NCBI GenBank assembly: GCA_963748215.1
Contig: CAVVHS010000008.1
Span: 384,001-448,000 of the forward strand
Length of the DNA stretch: 64,000 nucleotides
Source: an uncultured Gammaproteobacteria bacterium
Lineage (GTDB): Bacteria; Pseudomonadota; Gammaproteobacteria; UBA9214
Direction: 5' to 3'
The first letter of the stretch is position 1. Every line of letters begins with the position of its first letter. Below the pieces are notes generated by a model. The model worked only from the letters and a program-made list of their open reading frames with translations, was not told where the DNA came from and made no database searches. Positions 1 to 9,718 of the stretch are shown here, piece by piece. Both the position numbers and the translations under genes were made by a program.

Positions 1-2
1 CG

Positions 3-563
3 CCACCCGCACCACACAGTCAGTTACCGGGAAATGCGGGCCTGCAGCTCACACTGACACGCGCCGGTGCCGGCACACTACCACAGCCAGCGACAGCGGC
101 CACAGAACACCCCGCTGCCAGCAACCGGTCGATACGCGAGCACATCCCCGAGGCACCAGCCAAACCGGTTCATCACCGGCAGGAAACAACGAACACCGCG
201 AAGACTGCCGCCGTAACAGTTTCAACCCGTCAGACAGACCCGGCCGCACTGCCGGAGACCCGAACCACAGCCGGCTCTACCCTGACGGCGCAGCTGCATG
301 ATGCCATGCTGCCCTACTTTCACTATCCCCTGCTGGCACGGCGGCGCGGCTGGGAAGGCACGGTGCGGGTCGGCCTGCGGATCAGTGCCGACGGCAAGAT
401 CAGTCAGCTGCGCATCGTCGAGACCAGTCACCATGCCGTGCTGGACGAGGCCGCGATCGAGTGTCTGCGCAAGGTCCGGCAAATGCCCGGTACACTGGCA
501 TGGCTGGATGGCCGCGATTCGGATATCGTGTTACCCGTTGTATACCAACTGACGGACAGCTGA
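3..563 (+). CDS. tonB: Energy transducer TonB family protein (5'-truncated by the window)
   Basis: Frame is open from base 3. Pro/Thr-rich linker followed by a TonB C-terminal motif (YPLLARRRGWEGTVRV...SHHAVLDEAA). Confidence 0.8.
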   Translation, partial: PPAPHSQLPGNAGLQLTLTRAGAGTLPQPATAATEHPAASNRSIREHIPEAPAKPVHHRQETTNTAKTAAVTVSTRQTDPAALPETRTTAGSTLTAQLHDAMLPYFHYPLLARRRGWEGTVRVGLRISADGKISQLRIVETSHHAVLDEAAIECLRKVRQMPGTLAWLDGRDSDIVLPVVYQLTDS

Positions 564-564
564 C

Positions 565-1113
565 ATGGGCAACCGCCTGACCCGAATCTACACCCGCACC
601 GGCGACGATGGCTCGACCGGGCTTGGTGATGGTGCACGCGTCGCCAAGGATGATGCTCGCATCGAGGCCATCGGTGATGTCGATGAACTGAACTGCAGCA
701 TCGGCCTTTTGCTTTGCGAGTCCCTGCCGGAGGAGATCCGGGCCTGTCTGCTGAATGTCCAGCATCGTCTGTTCGATCTCGGCGGCGAACTCAGCATACC
801 CGGCACTGCCATGGTCAGCGACGAGCGGGCGCAGGAACTGGAAGTCCTGCTCGACAGGCTGAATGAACAACTGCCGCCCCTCAGGGACTTCATCCTTCCC
901 GGCGGCAGCCCGGCCGCGGCTCGCTGCCATGCCGCACGCGCGGTTTGCCGTCGCGCCGAGCGACGCGTCTATACCCTGTCCAGAAAGGCGCAGCTGAACA
1001 GCGCCAGCCTGCGTTATCTGAACCGCCTCTCCGACCTGCTGTTCGTCATGGCACGATTCCTGAACAAACAGGCTGGCGAACCGGATGTGCTGTGGCAGCA
1101 CGAGCGCGAGTAG
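565..1113 (+). CDS. pduO: Cob(I)alamin adenosyltransferase, PduO type
   Basis: N-terminal IYTRTGDDGSTGL, plus FILPGGS, RAVCRRAER and YLNRLSDLLF motifs. Confidence 0.92.
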   Translation: MGNRLTRIYTRTGDDGSTGLGDGARVAKDDARIEAIGDVDELNCSIGLLLCESLPEEIRACLLNVQHRLFDLGGELSIPGTAMVSDERAQELEVLLDRLNEQLPPLRDFILPGGSPAAARCHAARAVCRRAERRVYTLSRKAQLNSASLRYLNRLSDLLFVMARFLNKQAGEPDVLWQHERE

Positions 1114-1138
1114 GCACTACTGCACAGACAAGCCCGCT

Positions 1139-1345
1139 CTCGCGCCAGGACGCCAGGATGCCGGGTAAATCACATCACCTGTAGGAGCGGACCGCGTCCG
1201 CGATGTTTTTTCCTTCAAAAAAATAATCGCGCTTGCGAAGCGCTCCTACAGATATTGCTCACGTACCAGGAACACCATAAACCTCTATTTTCCTGCGAGC
1301 CCTCCGTGGCAATGCTTTTCCTGGCGCCTTTGCGTCTTGGCGCGA
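1139..1345. repeat. GTAGGAGCG-type REP doublet inside an outer CTCGCGCCA(G/A)GACGC inverted repeat
   Basis: gtaggagcggaccgcgtccgcgat at 1181 pairs with atcgcgcttgcgaagcgctcctac ending ~1249. Outer arms are ctcgcgccaggacgcc (1139) and gcgtcttggcgcgag (~1345). Confidence 0.75.
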
Positions 1346-1363
1346 GCCATATTATTCCACACA

Positions 1364-2260
1364 CTACTGTCGCTCCTGCGCATCTCCCTCACGCACCTTG
1401 TCGAGTATCCGGCACAGCTGTTCCGCGCCGTCCAGGATGCGCGGCGTATGCCGTACCAGCAGGTCGCGCCCGATTTCGTACAGGTGCCCCTGCCTGACTG
1501 CCGCGAGCCGCGTCCAGTGCCGCCAGGGGGCCAGAAGGCGCCCGGCCTCCTTCTGTCCCGCTGCCACCACAATGACCTGGGGATCGCGCGCCAGCACGGC
1601 CTCAATGCCGATCTGCGGCGCCAGGTCCGGCAGGTCGGCGAACACATTGCTGCCGCCACACAGGCGCATCACATCGCTGATGAGGTGCGCACCATTGACC
1701 GTCATCAGCGGCCGGTCCCAGACCTGGTAGTAAACGCGTATCGGCGCACGCCCCGGTACTGTCCGGCGCAGGGCGGCGAGGCGCCGATCGAATGCTTCGA
1801 TCACGGGTTGCGCGGCCGTTTCGGTTCCGGCCAGCCGCGCCAGCCTGTCGATAGTGCGCGGGATCGCGGCCAGGTCACGCGGCTCCGAGATAAATACGGT
1901 CAGGCCGAGCTCGCGCAGGCGCTGCACCTGGAACGCCGGATTGCCGCTCTGCCAGGCCACGACGAGATCGGGTCGCAGGGCGAGGATGCGCTCCAGATCC
2001 AGACCGCCACCACCACCGATGCGCGTGATGCCGCGCGCTGCATCCGGATAGTCACTGTATTCGGACACACCGATCACCCTCTCGCCCGCACCGGCGGCGA
2101 ACAGCAATTCAGTGATGTGCGGCGCCAGGCTGACGATACGCCGCGCAGGACCTGCGAGTACGATCTGCCGCTCGCCGTCATCGGTGACGCGCACTTCGGA
2201 CAACGCGGGCCCGGGCACCAGGGAACAGGCCACGAACCAGGCCACAACCCGACAGGGCAT
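1364..2260 (-). CDS. btuF: Cobalamin-binding periplasmic protein (start uncertain)
   Basis: RIVSLAPHITELLFAAGAG, VGVSEYSDYP-like motif and DLERILALRPDLV; neighbours are B12 genes. Confidence 0.85.
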   Translation of the reverse strand: MPCRVVAWFVACSLVPGPALSEVRVTDDGERQIVLAGPARRIVSLAPHITELLFAAGAGERVIGVSEYSDYPDAARGITRIGGGGGLDLERILALRPDLVVAWQSGNPAFQVQRLRELGLTVFISEPRDLAAIPRTIDRLARLAGTETAAQPVIEAFDRRLAALRRTVPGRAPIRVYYQVWDRPLMTVNGAHLISDVMRLCGGSNVFADLPDLAPQIGIEAVLARDPQVIVVAAGQKEAGRLLAPWRHWTRLAAVRQGHLYEIGRDLLVRHTPRILDGAEQLCRILDKVREGDAQERQ

Positions 2261-2424
2261 TCTGCAACCGCCGGGCAGACAACGCGCAGCAAACCCCATG
2301 GCGGGTCTCCAGGTAACGGAAGGTGTAAACCGGTTCCGTATATCATACCCTCCGGGCACCCCGGCCGGCGTTGCATTGCGATATACTCCCGGTTGATTCA
2401 CCCAGCACAGGCGAAATCGCGCAT

Positions 2425-3192
2425 ATGACACCACCGGTAGTTGTCGTCGGCATCGGCGAGATGGGCAGCGTTTTCGCGCGCGGTTTCCTGCGCACCGGTC
2501 ACCCGGTTTATCCTGTCACGCGACACACGGACATCAAGAACGTCGCCCAGCAGCTTCCGGCGCCCGAACTGGTGCTGGTCGCCGTCGCGGAAAACAGCCT
2601 GCACGAAGTACTGGAAACTCTGCCCGCTGCATGGCATGGGCGCGTCGCCCTGCTGCAGAACGAGCTCCTGCCGCGCGACTGGGAACAGTACGGACTGGTA
2701 CGGCCAACGGTGATCTCGGTCTGGTTCGAAAAAAAGCGCGGCCGTGACGTCAAGGTGCTCATCCCGTCGCCGATCCATGGTCCGCATGCGAACCTGCTGC
2801 GGGACTGCCTGGCAAGCCTGGATATTCCGACGCGGGTACTTGACAGTGAACGGGAACTGTTGTTCGAACTGGTCGTGAAAAACGTCTATATCGTCACCAC
2901 CAACTGTGCCGGCCTGATTACCGGCGGCACCGTCAGCCAACTCCGGGACCAGCACCATGACCTGGCACAGGACGTGGCGCATGAGGTGATCCGCATACAG
3001 GAATCCCTGGCCGGCCAGCAATTCGACGCGGATCGAGTGATGGATGCGATGCTTGCCGCCTTTGCCGGCGATCCTGAGCACAGGTGCACCGGTCGCAGCG
3101 CCCCGGCGCGCCTGGCACGCGCCCTGCAACAGGCGGAAAGCGCCGGCATCAACACCCCGGTGCTGCGCATGATCGCGGACCGGAATCGCTGA
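2425..3192 (+). CDS. Hypothetical Rossmann-fold protein, ketopantoate-reductase-like architecture
   Basis: VVVVGIGEMGSVF nucleotide-binding motif, an LLQN motif and a C-terminal GINTP. Confidence 0.6.
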   Translation: MTPPVVVVGIGEMGSVFARGFLRTGHPVYPVTRHTDIKNVAQQLPAPELVLVAVAENSLHEVLETLPAAWHGRVALLQNELLPRDWEQYGLVRPTVISVWFEKKRGRDVKVLIPSPIHGPHANLLRDCLASLDIPTRVLDSERELLFELVVKNVYIVTTNCAGLITGGTVSQLRDQHHDLAQDVAHEVIRIQESLAGQQFDADRVMDAMLAAFAGDPEHRCTGRSAPARLARALQQAESAGINTPVLRMIADRNR

Positions 3193-3281
3193 GATGCAAG
3201 GCACAGTCCGACCAATTTCATCGGTATACACACGTCCAGTCGGGCATGGCGCCTTGACAGGCCGCACGCTGTACCCCTAAG

Positions 3282-5921
3282 GTGAACGTGCAGTACTGCC
3301 CCGAAAACGGAAACAACTTCTTGTACAAGTCCCGTCACACGCCCTCCGTCAAAAGCACCTTCCTCTCCCTGCTGGGGATTGCATTGTTCACGCTGACCGG
3401 ATGCGGGGGCGGCGGTGGTGGTGGTGGTGGCTCAGGCAGCACCTCGAGCAGCATCGGCTTCACGGTCAGTGGCACCCTGCAGGCAGCGGGTGGCAATGCC
3501 GTCGACAGCGACGTGAACGACCCCTTCGCGCCCTATGCCGCCAATGACAGCATCGCAACGGCCCAGGCCATTCCGAATCCGGTAGTGGTCGGCGGTTATC
3601 TTAACGAGCCCGGCGCGGGCCCGGCCGGTCGCTCCCAGACCATCGGCGATACTGCCGATTTTTTCCGGATTACCCTGACGGCAAACCAGTCTGTGATCCT
3701 GAATATCGCCGATCATGCCGCCGCTGATCTGGACCTGTTTCTTTACGACACAAACAATGCCATCGTCGCCAGCTCGACGGGTACGCTCGCCACGGAAATT
3801 CTGACCGCCCCCGCGACCGGCACCTATACCCTGCGTGTCGCCATCTTTCCCACGGTAATCGCGGGCGCCTCCGGTTACACCCTGACCCTGGGGCAGCAAT
3901 TAACTACAGCCATCGCCGCGGACCTGCGCCTGGAGGATGACTTTATACCCGGCGATATCATAGCCAGCTTCAAACCCGGCAGCGGCGCCGGCAAGGCAAC
4001 CGCCGGCACGCTGGCCGCGACCGGCCTGGCACAGAAGGCCGGCGCATCCGACCGCCCCGTGCTGCTGACGGTACCCGTACCCGTCACCGCATCTGCCGCT
4101 GCAGGCGGCACAATGGCAAGGGCGCTGGCCTCCGACAGCCGCCTGCAGCACAAATGGGAAACCATCCGCGCCATCAAGCAGCTCAGGCAACGGCCGGATA
4201 TCGAGTATGCCGAACCCAACTACCGCCGCATGCCGACGCTGGCGCCCGACGACACGAATTACCCGCTGCAGTGGCATTACCCGCTGATCAACCTGCCCCA
4301 GGCCTGGGACATCACCACCGGCGCCGTTACCGTCGTCGTCGCCGTGGTGGATACCGGCATCCTCGCCGGCCACCCGGACCTGCAGGGACAGGTCGGACAG
4401 GGCTACGACTTCATCAGCGATGTCGCCAACGCCCTGGACGGTAACGGTATCGATGCCGACCCTGAAGATCCGGGCGACGGCGGCGTGGCCGGCAACAGCA
4501 GCTTTCACGGCACCCACGTGGCCGGCACAGTCGCCGCTGCGACCGGCAATGCCACCGGCGTCGCGGGCGCGAGCTGGGCGACCACCCTCATGCCGTTGCG
4601 CGCCCTCGGCCTGAACGGTGGCACCACCTATGACATTATGCAGTCCCTGCTCTACGCGGCGCAGTTGCCGAACGACTCGGGCGGCATCCCCGCGCAACGC
4701 GCGGACATCATCAACCTGAGCCTCGGCGGTTACAGCTTCTCCCAGACCGAGCAGAACATCATCAACCAGGTCCGCAACCAGGGTGTAATGATCGTGGCCG
4801 CGGCAGGCAACGATGCATCCAGCAACCTGTTCTACCCGGCATCCTACAATGGCGTGATTTCCGTGAGCGCCGTCGATATCAACCGGCAGGCGGCGCCCTA
4901 CTCGAATTTCGGGGCGCAGATCGATATCGCTGCACCGGGCGGCAACACGGCAACGGATATCAACGGCGACGGTTATCCCGACGGCGTGCTCAGCACCAGC
5001 GGCGACGATTCGATCGTCACTCCAGCCCAGTACCTGTACCGTTTCCTGCAGGGTACGTCCATGGCGTCACCGCACGTGGCGGGTGTGCTGGCGCTGATGA
5101 AGGCCGCCATGCCGACGCTGACGCCGGCCGATGTCGACAACCTGCTCCTCAACGGCCAGATGACCACCGACCTGGGCACGCCCGGCCGCGACAATATCTA
5201 CGGCCACGGCATGATCGATGCCCACAAGGCCGTGGTGGCGGCACTGGGCGGCATCTCGCCGGTGCCACCGACACTGGTTGCCTCGCCCTCGGCACTGAAC
5301 TTCAGCACGCTGGGCACCACCGCCCTGCTGACCGTCGCCAACGGCGGCGGCGGGACTCTGAGCGTCAACCCACCCACGGATGATGCCAGCTGGCTGAACG
5401 TTACGCCCGGCGCCATCGATCCCGGCACCGGCGCCGGCACCTATATAGTCAGCGTCTCGCGTACCGGACTGGCAGAAAACATCTATACCGCGACCATCAC
5501 CATCACCTCGTCGGCCAATAGCGTGCAGATCCCGGTCATCATGCAGGTCTCGACCCTGAGTCAGAACGCCGATGCCGGCTACCAGTACGTACTGCTGATC
5601 GACCAGGCCACCGGCACCCCGAAATACCAGACCGGCGTGGCCGCCAGCAACGGCACCTATCAGTACAGCATTTCCGGCGTCGCCGCGGGAACCTATGAAC
5701 TGATAGCCGGCAGCGACCTGGATAACAACGGCACCATTTGCGTGTCCGGCGAGTCCTGCGGCGCTTATGTCTCGCTTGATCAGCCCACGCCGGTGACGGT
5801 GAACGGCAACGTCACCGGTCGTGATTTCACCTCCGGTTTCAACGTCATCATCAACGCTACCGCCCGGCAAGCCGGCGCTGCCGGTGTCGCCAGGCCGACC
5901 GTCAAACAGGTCGGCCCGTGA
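3282..5921 (+). CDS. S8 subtilisin-like serine protease lipoprotein (start uncertain)
   Basis: Lipobox LTGC followed by a Gly linker. Catalytic triad motifs VVDTG, FHGTHVAG and GTSMASPHVAG. PPC-like N-terminal and beta-rich C-terminal domains. Confidence 0.9.
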   Translation: MNVQYCPENGNNFLYKSRHTPSVKSTFLSLLGIALFTLTGCGGGGGGGGGSGSTSSSIGFTVSGTLQAAGGNAVDSDVNDPFAPYAANDSIATAQAIPNPVVVGGYLNEPGAGPAGRSQTIGDTADFFRITLTANQSVILNIADHAAADLDLFLYDTNNAIVASSTGTLATEILTAPATGTYTLRVAIFPTVIAGASGYTLTLGQQLTTAIAADLRLEDDFIPGDIIASFKPGSGAGKATAGTLAATGLAQKAGASDRPVLLTVPVPVTASAAAGGTMARALASDSRLQHKWETIRAIKQLRQRPDIEYAEPNYRRMPTLAPDDTNYPLQWHYPLINLPQAWDITTGAVTVVVAVVDTGILAGHPDLQGQVGQGYDFISDVANALDGNGIDADPEDPGDGGVAGNSSFHGTHVAGTVAAATGNATGVAGASWATTLMPLRALGLNGGTTYDIMQSLLYAAQLPNDSGGIPAQRADIINLSLGGYSFSQTEQNIINQVRNQGVMIVAAAGNDASSNLFYPASYNGVISVSAVDINRQAAPYSNFGAQIDIAAPGGNTATDINGDGYPDGVLSTSGDDSIVTPAQYLYRFLQGTSMASPHVAGVLALMKAAMPTLTPADVDNLLLNGQMTTDLGTPGRDNIYGHGMIDAHKAVVAALGGISPVPPTLVASPSALNFSTLGTTALLTVANGGGGTLSVNPPTDDASWLNVTPGAIDPGTGAGTYIVSVSRTGLAENIYTATITITSSANSVQIPVIMQVSTLSQNADAGYQYVLLIDQATGTPKYQTGVAASNGTYQYSISGVAAGTYELIAGSDLDNNGTICVSGESCGAYVSLDQPTPVTVNGNVTGRDFTSGFNVIINATARQAGAAGVARPTVKQVGP

Positions 5922-6436
5922 TGACGACGACAGGCAGCCGGATCATGTTCCGGCTGGTCGCACTGGCCGCTGCAGGACTCGCCGCCTGCCAGGCCGGCGG
6001 CATCGATCCTCCTGCCGTGGACGACACGCCTGGAATCATCACCCTCGCAGCCGGCACGCAATGCGGCCACAGCGATACCGCGCCGACCGCAAGCTGGCTG
6101 GACACCGCGGACGCCTTGCAGATCGCCTACCGGCGCATGACTCGCCAGTCCCTCGGTGCGAACGCCCTCCCGGCACAGACACCGGATTTCGCAAAGTACG
6201 GCGTGCTGCAGGTATTCATGGGACAGCAGTCCACGGGCGGCTACCAGCTGCGCCTGCTGCATCCGCGTGTCGAGCACCTTGCATCGGGCGCAACCGTGCG
6301 TATCGCGTGGCAGTCACCGCCACCCGGCGCCCTCACCCCCCAGATCATCACCAGCCCCTGCCTGTTGCTGGCGGTACCCCGCGGCAGCTATCAGTCCATC
6401 ACCGTCACGGACCAGACCGGCCGCGCCCGCGCGTAG
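5918..6436 (+). CDS. PrcB-family protease-complex lipoprotein
   Basis: Lipobox LAAC and the PDF..VFMGQQSTGGY..QIITSP motif typical of the PrcB C-terminal domain. Overlaps the S8 gene by 4 bp. Confidence 0.75.
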   Translation: MMTTTGSRIMFRLVALAAAGLAACQAGGIDPPAVDDTPGIITLAAGTQCGHSDTAPTASWLDTADALQIAYRRMTRQSLGANALPAQTPDFAKYGVLQVFMGQQSTGGYQLRLLHPRVEHLASGATVRIAWQSPPPGALTPQIITSPCLLLAVPRGSYQSITVTDQTGRARA

Positions 6437-6555
6437 CCGCGCTGTAGCCGCGCTGTAGCCGGCCGGCATTTTCCGGTACTCGCACCAGCCAGTGCCACTG
6501 GCCGTGCAGGGTATCGGCGGATAATTTTCATATATAGTAAAGGTCATATTTAAAT

Positions 6556-6694
6556 CTATTAATTGCAAAAATAGCAATTAATAGCCATAAAAAGATCTAT
6601 TAAAGTTATTGCATTATGACTTCGATATAACTATATTGTAATAGCACATTTTTAAGATTTTATTGGCATAAAAAGGCTATAATAGTCCTATTAT
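6556..6694 (+). promoter_or_regulatory. AT-rich hipBA promoter with palindromic operator candidates
   Basis: Perfect inverted repeat ctattaattgc-N7-gcaattaatag (6556-6584). TATAAT at 6678-6683 is overlapped by ataatag-tc-ctattat. Confidence 0.55.
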
Positions 6695-6702
6695 TGACTC
6701 TT

Positions 6703-7038
6703 ATGGATCTATATTCACTGACAGATAAGGCCATTGCACGGGAACTGGGCGAACGCCTCAAGGCCCTGCGCCTGCAACGCAATGTCACCCAGAAGGCACT
6801 GGCAGAGTCGACGACCCTGTCACTGAACACCATCAAGGCACTGGAAGGGGGACGCGGCAAGCTGGCAAGCCTGATCGCCGTGCTACGCGAGCTCGGGGCA
6901 CTGGAACAACTCGACAACCTGATCCCCTCCGCCACCGTCATCAGTCCGCTGCAACTGGCCAGGATGCACGGCCGGGAACGCCAGCGGGCTTCCGGCACCC
7001 GCGGCAAGGATCGTGACGGAGACGAGCCCGGGTGGTAA
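6703..7038 (+). CDS. XRE-family HTH antitoxin (HipB-like)
   Basis: LGERLKALRLQRNVTQKALAE..IKALEGG helix-turn-helix; coupled to the hipA-like gene. Confidence 0.85.
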   Translation: MDLYSLTDKAIARELGERLKALRLQRNVTQKALAESTTLSLNTIKALEGGRGKLASLIAVLRELGALEQLDNLIPSATVISPLQLARMHGRERQRASGTRGKDRDGDEPGW

Positions 7039-8351
7039 AGCGGGTCGATACCGCCCTGGTGAGACTGTGGGGCGAGGTCGTCGGCGCTGTATCGTGGCTG
7101 GATGACCGCGACTATGGCATCTTCGAATACGAGCCGGATTTTCTGAACAAGGACCTGGATATCGCCCCCATTCACATGAGCCTGGCCGCGGCCCGGCAGG
7201 GCGGCCGGATCTTTGCCTTTCCGGGACTGAACCGGGAAACCTACCTGGGGCTGCCCGGTCTGCTGGCCGACGCCCTGCCGGACAAGTTCGGCAACCGCCT
7301 GATCGATGTCTGGCTGGCCCGTAATGGCCGCGATGCCACCGACTTCAGCCCGGTTGAGCGCCTGTGCTACACCGGCAAGCGCAGTACCGGTGCCCTGGAA
7401 TTCTCGCCCGCGCTGGCCGGCCGCCACGATACGGCGGTACCGGTCGAGGTCGCCGGCCTGGTCGCGCTGGCGCAGGACGTCATGCACGAGCGCAACACCC
7501 TCGACGCCGACCTGGGCGATACGGACCGGGAGCATGCCGAGGCACTGATGGACATCCTGCGTGTTGGCACATCGGCCGGTGGCGCACGGCCGAAGGCGGT
7601 GATCGCCATGAATGCGCAGGGGCAAGTCCTGTCCGGCCAGACCGACGTGCCGTCAGGCTACGATTACTGGATCCTGAAGTTCGACGGTGTCACCGACCTG
7701 GAGCTGGGCAAACCCAGGGGTTATGGCCGGATCGAGTATGCCTACTACCGCATGGCACAGGCTGCCGGCATTCACATGACCGAGTGCCGGCTGCTGGAGG
7801 AACATGGTCGCGCCCATTTCATGACCCGCCGCTTCGATCGCGTCGATGGCCACAAGCTGCACCTGCAGTCGCTGTGCGGCCTCGCGCATTTCGACTTCAA
7901 CATGCCGGGCGCCTATGGTTACGAACAGGTGTTCGGCATCATGCGCCGGCTGCGCCTGAGCAAGGCGGAAGCGGCGGAGCAATACCGGCGCATGGTGTTC
8001 AATATCGTCGCCCGCAATCTCGACGATCACACCAAGAACACCGCGTTTTTGATGGGGCCGGACGGCAAGTGGCGGCTGTCACCGGCCTTCGACGTTATTT
8101 ACGCGCATAACCCGGCCGGCAAGTGGACCAACCATCACCAGCTCACCCTGAATGGCAAGCGCGACAATTTCACCCGGCAGGACCTGCTGGATGCCGGTGC
8201 AGCGATCAGCCTGCCCCGGCCATCCGATATTGTCGACGAGGTCAACGCGGCGGTGGCACGCTGGCCGGAATTCGCACGGCAGGCTGGCATCGATCCGCAG
8301 ATATCGGGCGAAATCGGGCGCAATCACCGACTGGAACTGCCGGCGAGCTAG
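7032..8351 (+). CDS. hipA: HipA-family type II toxin kinase
   Basis: Motifs LADALPDKFG, SAGGARPKA, ILKFD, RRFDR, NLDDHTKN and LSPAFD. Confidence 0.9.
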   Translation: MVKRVDTALVRLWGEVVGAVSWLDDRDYGIFEYEPDFLNKDLDIAPIHMSLAAARQGGRIFAFPGLNRETYLGLPGLLADALPDKFGNRLIDVWLARNGRDATDFSPVERLCYTGKRSTGALEFSPALAGRHDTAVPVEVAGLVALAQDVMHERNTLDADLGDTDREHAEALMDILRVGTSAGGARPKAVIAMNAQGQVLSGQTDVPSGYDYWILKFDGVTDLELGKPRGYGRIEYAYYRMAQAAGIHMTECRLLEEHGRAHFMTRRFDRVDGHKLHLQSLCGLAHFDFNMPGAYGYEQVFGIMRRLRLSKAEAAEQYRRMVFNIVARNLDDHTKNTAFLMGPDGKWRLSPAFDVIYAHNPAGKWTNHHQLTLNGKRDNFTRQDLLDAGAAISLPRPSDIVDEVNAAVARWPEFARQAGIDPQISGEIGRNHRLELPAS

Positions 8352-9280
8352 GCGTCCGCTCCCGGCGCCGGCCACAGCCAGGCAGCACCGCGCACGCCAC
8401 TGGAATCGCCGTGTCGCGCACGCACCAGCCGGGTGTCCACGCGGTCGGAGAAAACGTACGCACCCCAGCGTTGCGGCACGTCCTTGTACAACGATTCGAT
8501 ATTCGACATACCGCCACCCAGTACGATGACATCGGGATCGATGATGTTGATGACACTGGCCAGCGCACGCGCCATGCGGTCTGCGTAACGTTCGAGCGAG
8601 ACCTGCGCGGCCGCGTCGCCGGCCGCGGCACGAGCGCCGATGGCGGCGGCCGTAGCTTCCACACCGGCAACGGCCTGGTGATCACGCGCCAGTCCCGGAC
8701 CTGACAGCCAGGTCTCGATGCAGCCCTGCCGGCCGCAGTAGCACGGCTCGCCGGGCGATTCATCGGCCTGCGGCCACGGCAGGGGGTTGTGGCCCCACTC
8801 CCCGGCGATCCCGTTGGGCCCGGACACCAGGCGGCCGGCAACGACGATACCGCCGCCGGTGCCGGTCCCGACAATGACACCGAACACGATCCCGGCACCG
8901 GCCGCCGCGCCATCGACCGCCTCTGACAGGGCGAAACAGTCGGCATCATTGGCGAAGCGCAGCGTGCGCTGCAGGCACCGTTCCAGATCGGCGTGCAACG
9001 GCCGGCCGTTCAGGCACACGGAATTGGAATTCTTGACCCGGCCCGTGGCGCGCGACTGCGATCCCGGTGCACCTATCCCGACCGGGCAACGCCGACCACT
9101 CGCCTGTTCCAGCGCCTCGACCAGGCCGGCGACCGCTGCCAGTGTGCCGTCGTAATCACCCTGCGGGGTCGGCACGCGCCGGCGCAGACGCTCGCGCCCA
9201 TCCGCATCCAGCACGACACCTTCGATCTTGGTGCCACCGAGGTCGATGCCAATCCTGAGATTGTTGTTTTCATCGCTCAT
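8348..9280 (-). CDS. mak: ROK-family sugar kinase (fructokinase/Mak-like)
   Basis: GIDLGGTKI, NDADCFALSEA, GEWGHNPLP and CYCG..GCIE motifs. Confidence 0.85.
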   Translation of the reverse strand: MSDENNNLRIGIDLGGTKIEGVVLDADGRERLRRRVPTPQGDYDGTLAAVAGLVEALEQASGRRCPVGIGAPGSQSRATGRVKNSNSVCLNGRPLHADLERCLQRTLRFANDADCFALSEAVDGAAAGAGIVFGVIVGTGTGGGIVVAGRLVSGPNGIAGEWGHNPLPWPQADESPGEPCYCGRQGCIETWLSGPGLARDHQAVAGVEATAAAIGARAAAGDAAAQVSLERYADRMARALASVINIIDPDVIVLGGGMSNIESLYKDVPQRWGAYVFSDRVDTRLVRARHGDSSGVRGAAWLWPAPGADA

Positions 9281-9718
9281 TCTGATGACTTCGATATCGT
9301 GTCCAGCCGGACTGTCAAACATCCAGACGGGCATGGGGCACTGGCATGCCGGCCGGTATGACGAGCATGAGCCAGAGGCACAAGCACGGAGATGACTGCC
9401 GACTGTATCGTCACCCGATTCCGGAACACAACGCAACCGACCCGGGCATAATCAGGCTGCACGAGCGGGCCGACCGGCCTGATCCTGGTAAACCGGATGG
9501 CTTCCCGATGGCGTCGTGATGAAATTCCAGCGGGATTTCCGGTGTAAAGGTCCTGATACATGAAAGGTGATTATAACCACCATCTGTTCAACGACTGAAT
9601 GCACGCACTGCCCTGGGTGCGCGCCAATCGGCCGCTTCAGGACAGATGGCGGCGCCCTGGCGGGCTACGTCGCGCGGGGGATTTTGACAGCTGTCACCCG
9701 CGTCTGATGCCTGAAATA

